From positions 1 through 33,862 of IMG/VR virus record IMGVR_UViG_3300017963_000216: a DNA stretch of 33,862 bases, one strand, 5' to 3'. The DNA comes from a virus. Taxonomy: Duplodnaviria > Heunggongvirae > Uroviricota > Caudoviricetes. Shown here in pieces: positions 31,804-33,862 of the stretch (the first letter of the stretch is position 1; the number at the start of each line of letters is the position of its first letter). Position numbers and translations under genes: made by a program. Below the pieces are notes generated by a model, which was given only the letters and a program-made list of their open reading frames with translations, searched no databases and was not told where the DNA came from.

Positions 31804-32200
31804 CATCGGCGGTCTCCGGTTTCGGGTAAACCATCGCTTCCACGATGTATTGGTGTCGGTCGGGGTTGGGTCGGCGGGCGATGTAGATGTTGACGGGGAT
31901 CTTGCCCTGCCAGCATCGGAAGCCGATCACTTTGTCTTTCTCTCCTGGGAGAGGCATCGCCTTGGTGCACACCCGCTCCAGCTTGTTGATGCAGGGCGCG
32001 ATGTAGTTCTCGATGACAGGTTGCAGGTACAGCATGAACAGCTCTTGGGCAGTCATGCCAGCCACCTCGTCGCTCGGCAACGTGAAGGTGTAGAACACTC
32101 GATGGTCGCCGTTCTCCACCTTGCCCGGCACAACCTCAGCGGTGAGGTAGCGGTCGAGGCATTCGGACAACGAAGGGATTTCACTGGGGTTCATGGCCAT
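31796..32200 (-). CDS. hypothetical protein
   Basis: AAGGA RBS before ATG 32200. Confidence 0.7.
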   Translation of the reverse strand: MAMNPSEIPSLSECLDRYLTAEVVPGKVENGDHRVFYTFTLPSDEVAGMTAQELFMLYLQPVIENYIAPCINKLERVCTKAMPLPGEKDKVIGFRCWQGKIPVNIYIARRPNPDRHQYIVEAMVYPKPETADDE

Positions 32201-32210
32201 GTGTGGTTCC

Positions 32211-32771
32211 TTAGAGTAAGATCGGAATGATTCGGGTAACGGCGTCGAACACATCGAAGGCGTCGAACACATCGAAGGTCGGTTCCGAGGCTGGCTCAGG
32301 AATGCCTTCCTTAATAGTCGGAGGGTTAGTCAAAGCCTCTAGAGCCTTCTCCAGTACGCCCACCTTGAACTGCAACCGGAACATGGAGTCATAGGCGTCG
32401 TTCAGCTCCTCCTGCTGCGTCTCCAGTCGGGCGACCGCTTCTGAGAGCGAGGCCTTCAGACGCGAGTTCTCTTCGCTGAGAGCTGAGACGTATTCGCCGG
32501 TCTTCTTCTCTCGCTCGCACAGGAGTCCATTCTCCAGGGCAAGTGACTTGACCGCGCCAAGCAGGTCTCGGGAGTAGGCCTGTGACTTGGCCACCTGTCG
32601 CACAAGATCTTCCTGGTACTGCACTTGCAGCACGCGGTTGCGCCATTGGTTGTAACCAATCTCTGATCGACCAGCCACCAACAGAGTGGTTGCGAAGATC
32701 CACCCCAGAGCCAGGAGGAGAGAGGCCTTCACAGTGAACTTCAGTATCGCCAGCAAATTCTTCATCGTCAC
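32211..32771 (-). CDS. N-terminally anchored coiled-coil membrane protein
   Basis: TM ASLLLALGWIFATTLLVAG, then a long heptad region. Confidence 0.7.
   Translation of the reverse strand: MTMKNLLAILKFTVKASLLLALGWIFATTLLVAGRSEIGYNQWRNRVLQVQYQEDLVRQVAKSQAYSRDLLGAVKSLALENGLLCEREKKTGEYVSALSEENSRLKASLSEAVARLETQQEELNDAYDSMFRLQFKVGVLEKALEALTNPPTIKEGIPEPASEPTFDVFDAFDVFDAVTRIIPILL
32241..32276. repeat. 18-bp in-frame tandem duplication
   Basis: GGCGTCGAACACATCGAA x2, encoding FDVFDA twice. Confidence 0.9.
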
Positions 32772-33451
32772 CTCGTAAGTTTAAGGAACTCGTCGTACAA
32801 TTCTTTCTTTCTTCGGTGGATGGTGGTCTTGCCTATACCAAACTCATCCGCCAGATCCGCCTCAGTCCTGCCCCAGTTCTCCGGACACAGCAGCATGGCG
32901 TCCAGCCAGTCACGTGCCTCTATCTTCTCCAGACCTTCGTACACGTCCCGGATGTTGAACATCATGCGTTGGTCGTCCACATCCACATCCACATCGTCCA
33001 GGCTAGTCTGGCTGAGATAGATTGGGTCTTTGTCTTCTTTCACCCGTCTGAACTGAGTCATCCTGGATGGTGCCGACAGACTCTGCACCTTGTTCAGCAT
33101 CAGCTCAATGCTGGATTGAATACGTTGAGACGCTACATAAAGTATAGTCCGCCCATTCAATAAGTCAACGCTTAAATTCTCAACTAAGTCACAAATTGCC
33201 AGAAACCCTTCACTGACCATGTCATCCAAGTAGGCCTCGGTCTGGGGGAAGTTGGCGAGATACCTACGGATCATGTGGCGTAGACATGACCTGAGAGCGA
33301 GCACAAGCCTCTCTCCCTCGTCCGGACAGCCTATCACCACCGCACACAGCAGGTCCAGTTCGGAGTCCCTGTAGGGCTTACAGTGGTCCAGGAGAGGGTG
33401 TTTGAATGTCCGCACGTTGGTGTGGAAGTGTCTGAGGTTTATCAAGCTCAT
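32768..33451 (-). CDS. sigma70-family-like RNA polymerase sigma factor
   Basis: Region 2-like ERLVLALRSCLRHMIRRY...LDDMVSEGFLAI...YVASQRIQSSI; C-terminal HTH TEADLADEFGIGKTTIHRRKKEL. Start set at 33451 (ATGA). Confidence 0.75.
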   Translation of the reverse strand: MSLINLRHFHTNVRTFKHPLLDHCKPYRDSELDLLCAVVIGCPDEGERLVLALRSCLRHMIRRYLANFPQTEAYLDDMVSEGFLAICDLVENLSVDLLNGRTILYVASQRIQSSIELMLNKVQSLSAPSRMTQFRRVKEDKDPIYLSQTSLDDVDVDVDDQRMMFNIRDVYEGLEKIEARDWLDAMLLCPENWGRTEADLADEFGIGKTTIHRRKKELYDEFLKLTR

Positions 33452-33862
33452 ACGATTAGCAACCAGAATCTGACCGGCTCGAAGTTTACTTCGGAGCACT
33501 TGTCGAAAGGGTATTTGTAGCCACGAGGATCAAACACCTCGTCGCTGTTCCAGGCGACCATGTGGCCGCTAGCGGAGGGTGGGCTGGCCTTATGGCCGTG
33601 ACCCACCCACGGGTCGATCACTCCCTCCAGTAGTCCCCAGCCAAGTGACAAGTGTTCCTTGAACTTGGCTTCCCCGTCCTTCCACACTGGTACCACGTTG
33701 CACCCAGGGGCACACGTGCATCCAGGGTCGCGATTGAAAGGCATAAGGCCCTGGGAAGTGGTCGTCCAGATCCAGTCGCACACCTCGTCCATGCTCGGGA
33801 CCTTCGGGTGTTTCTTCCAGTGGCCCGTGAATGGGTAGGTCAGCTCTGGGCATAGTGTCGTC
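33448..33862 (-). CDS. hypothetical protein, possibly papain/C39-like (partial; frame open past the window end)
   Basis: No stop upstream of 33792 to the window edge; GHMVAW...VFDP motif. Confidence 0.5.
   Translation of the reverse strand, partial: TTLCPELTYPFTGHWKKHPKVPSMDEVCDWIWTTTSQGLMPFNRDPGCTCAPGCNVVPVWKDGEAKFKEHLSLGWGLLEGVIDPWVGHGHKASPPSASGHMVAWNSDEVFDPRGYKYPFDKCSEVNFEPVRFWLLIV

Noticed and set aside
32211-32771. Spanin/lysis gene
   Set aside because: TM plus coiled coil fits, but no nested lipoprotein, endolysin or holin is evident nearby.

Overview
This window looks like part of a GC-rich, probably large dsDNA phage genome (inference: dense small ORFs with ATGA/TAATG overlaps, repeated strong sigma70-type promoters, no host housekeeping operons). 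No structural or packaging genes are recognisable. Layout: a short leftward block (1-1165), a repeat-rich non-coding divergence point (about 1170-1460), a long rightward early/host-takeover block (1535-21585), and a converging leftward block (21653-33862). Recognisable by motif: two SprT-like HEXXH proteases, an HD (RelA/SpoT-hydrolase-like) protein, RtcB, a GHKL ATPase with rearranged motif order, a radical SAM enzyme, a permuted papain-like NlpC/P60 protein, MazG, a Pol-beta-type nucleotidyltransferase, an NDT-like protein, an FmdB zinc ribbon, an N6/N4 DNA methyltransferase, a GNAT, a PD-(D/E)xK nuclease, an Stf0-like sulfotransferase, an ATP-dependent DNA ligase and a sigma-factor-like protein. 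The most interesting signals are absent from the ORF track. They are a 98-nt tmRNA reduced to its alanyl tRNA-like domain with its own promoter (18828-18925), a 139-nt tRNA-like RNA with a UCA anticodon-like arm and a 68-nt insertion (16109-16247), and a 53-aa Acb2/Tad1-like ORF (31642-31803). Also notable, though present in the track unlabelled, is a 60-aa stand-alone DNA polymerase A O-helix (9615-9797). A planctomycete host is a tentative inference from one small gene. All family calls come from motif reading and recollection; no database search was run.
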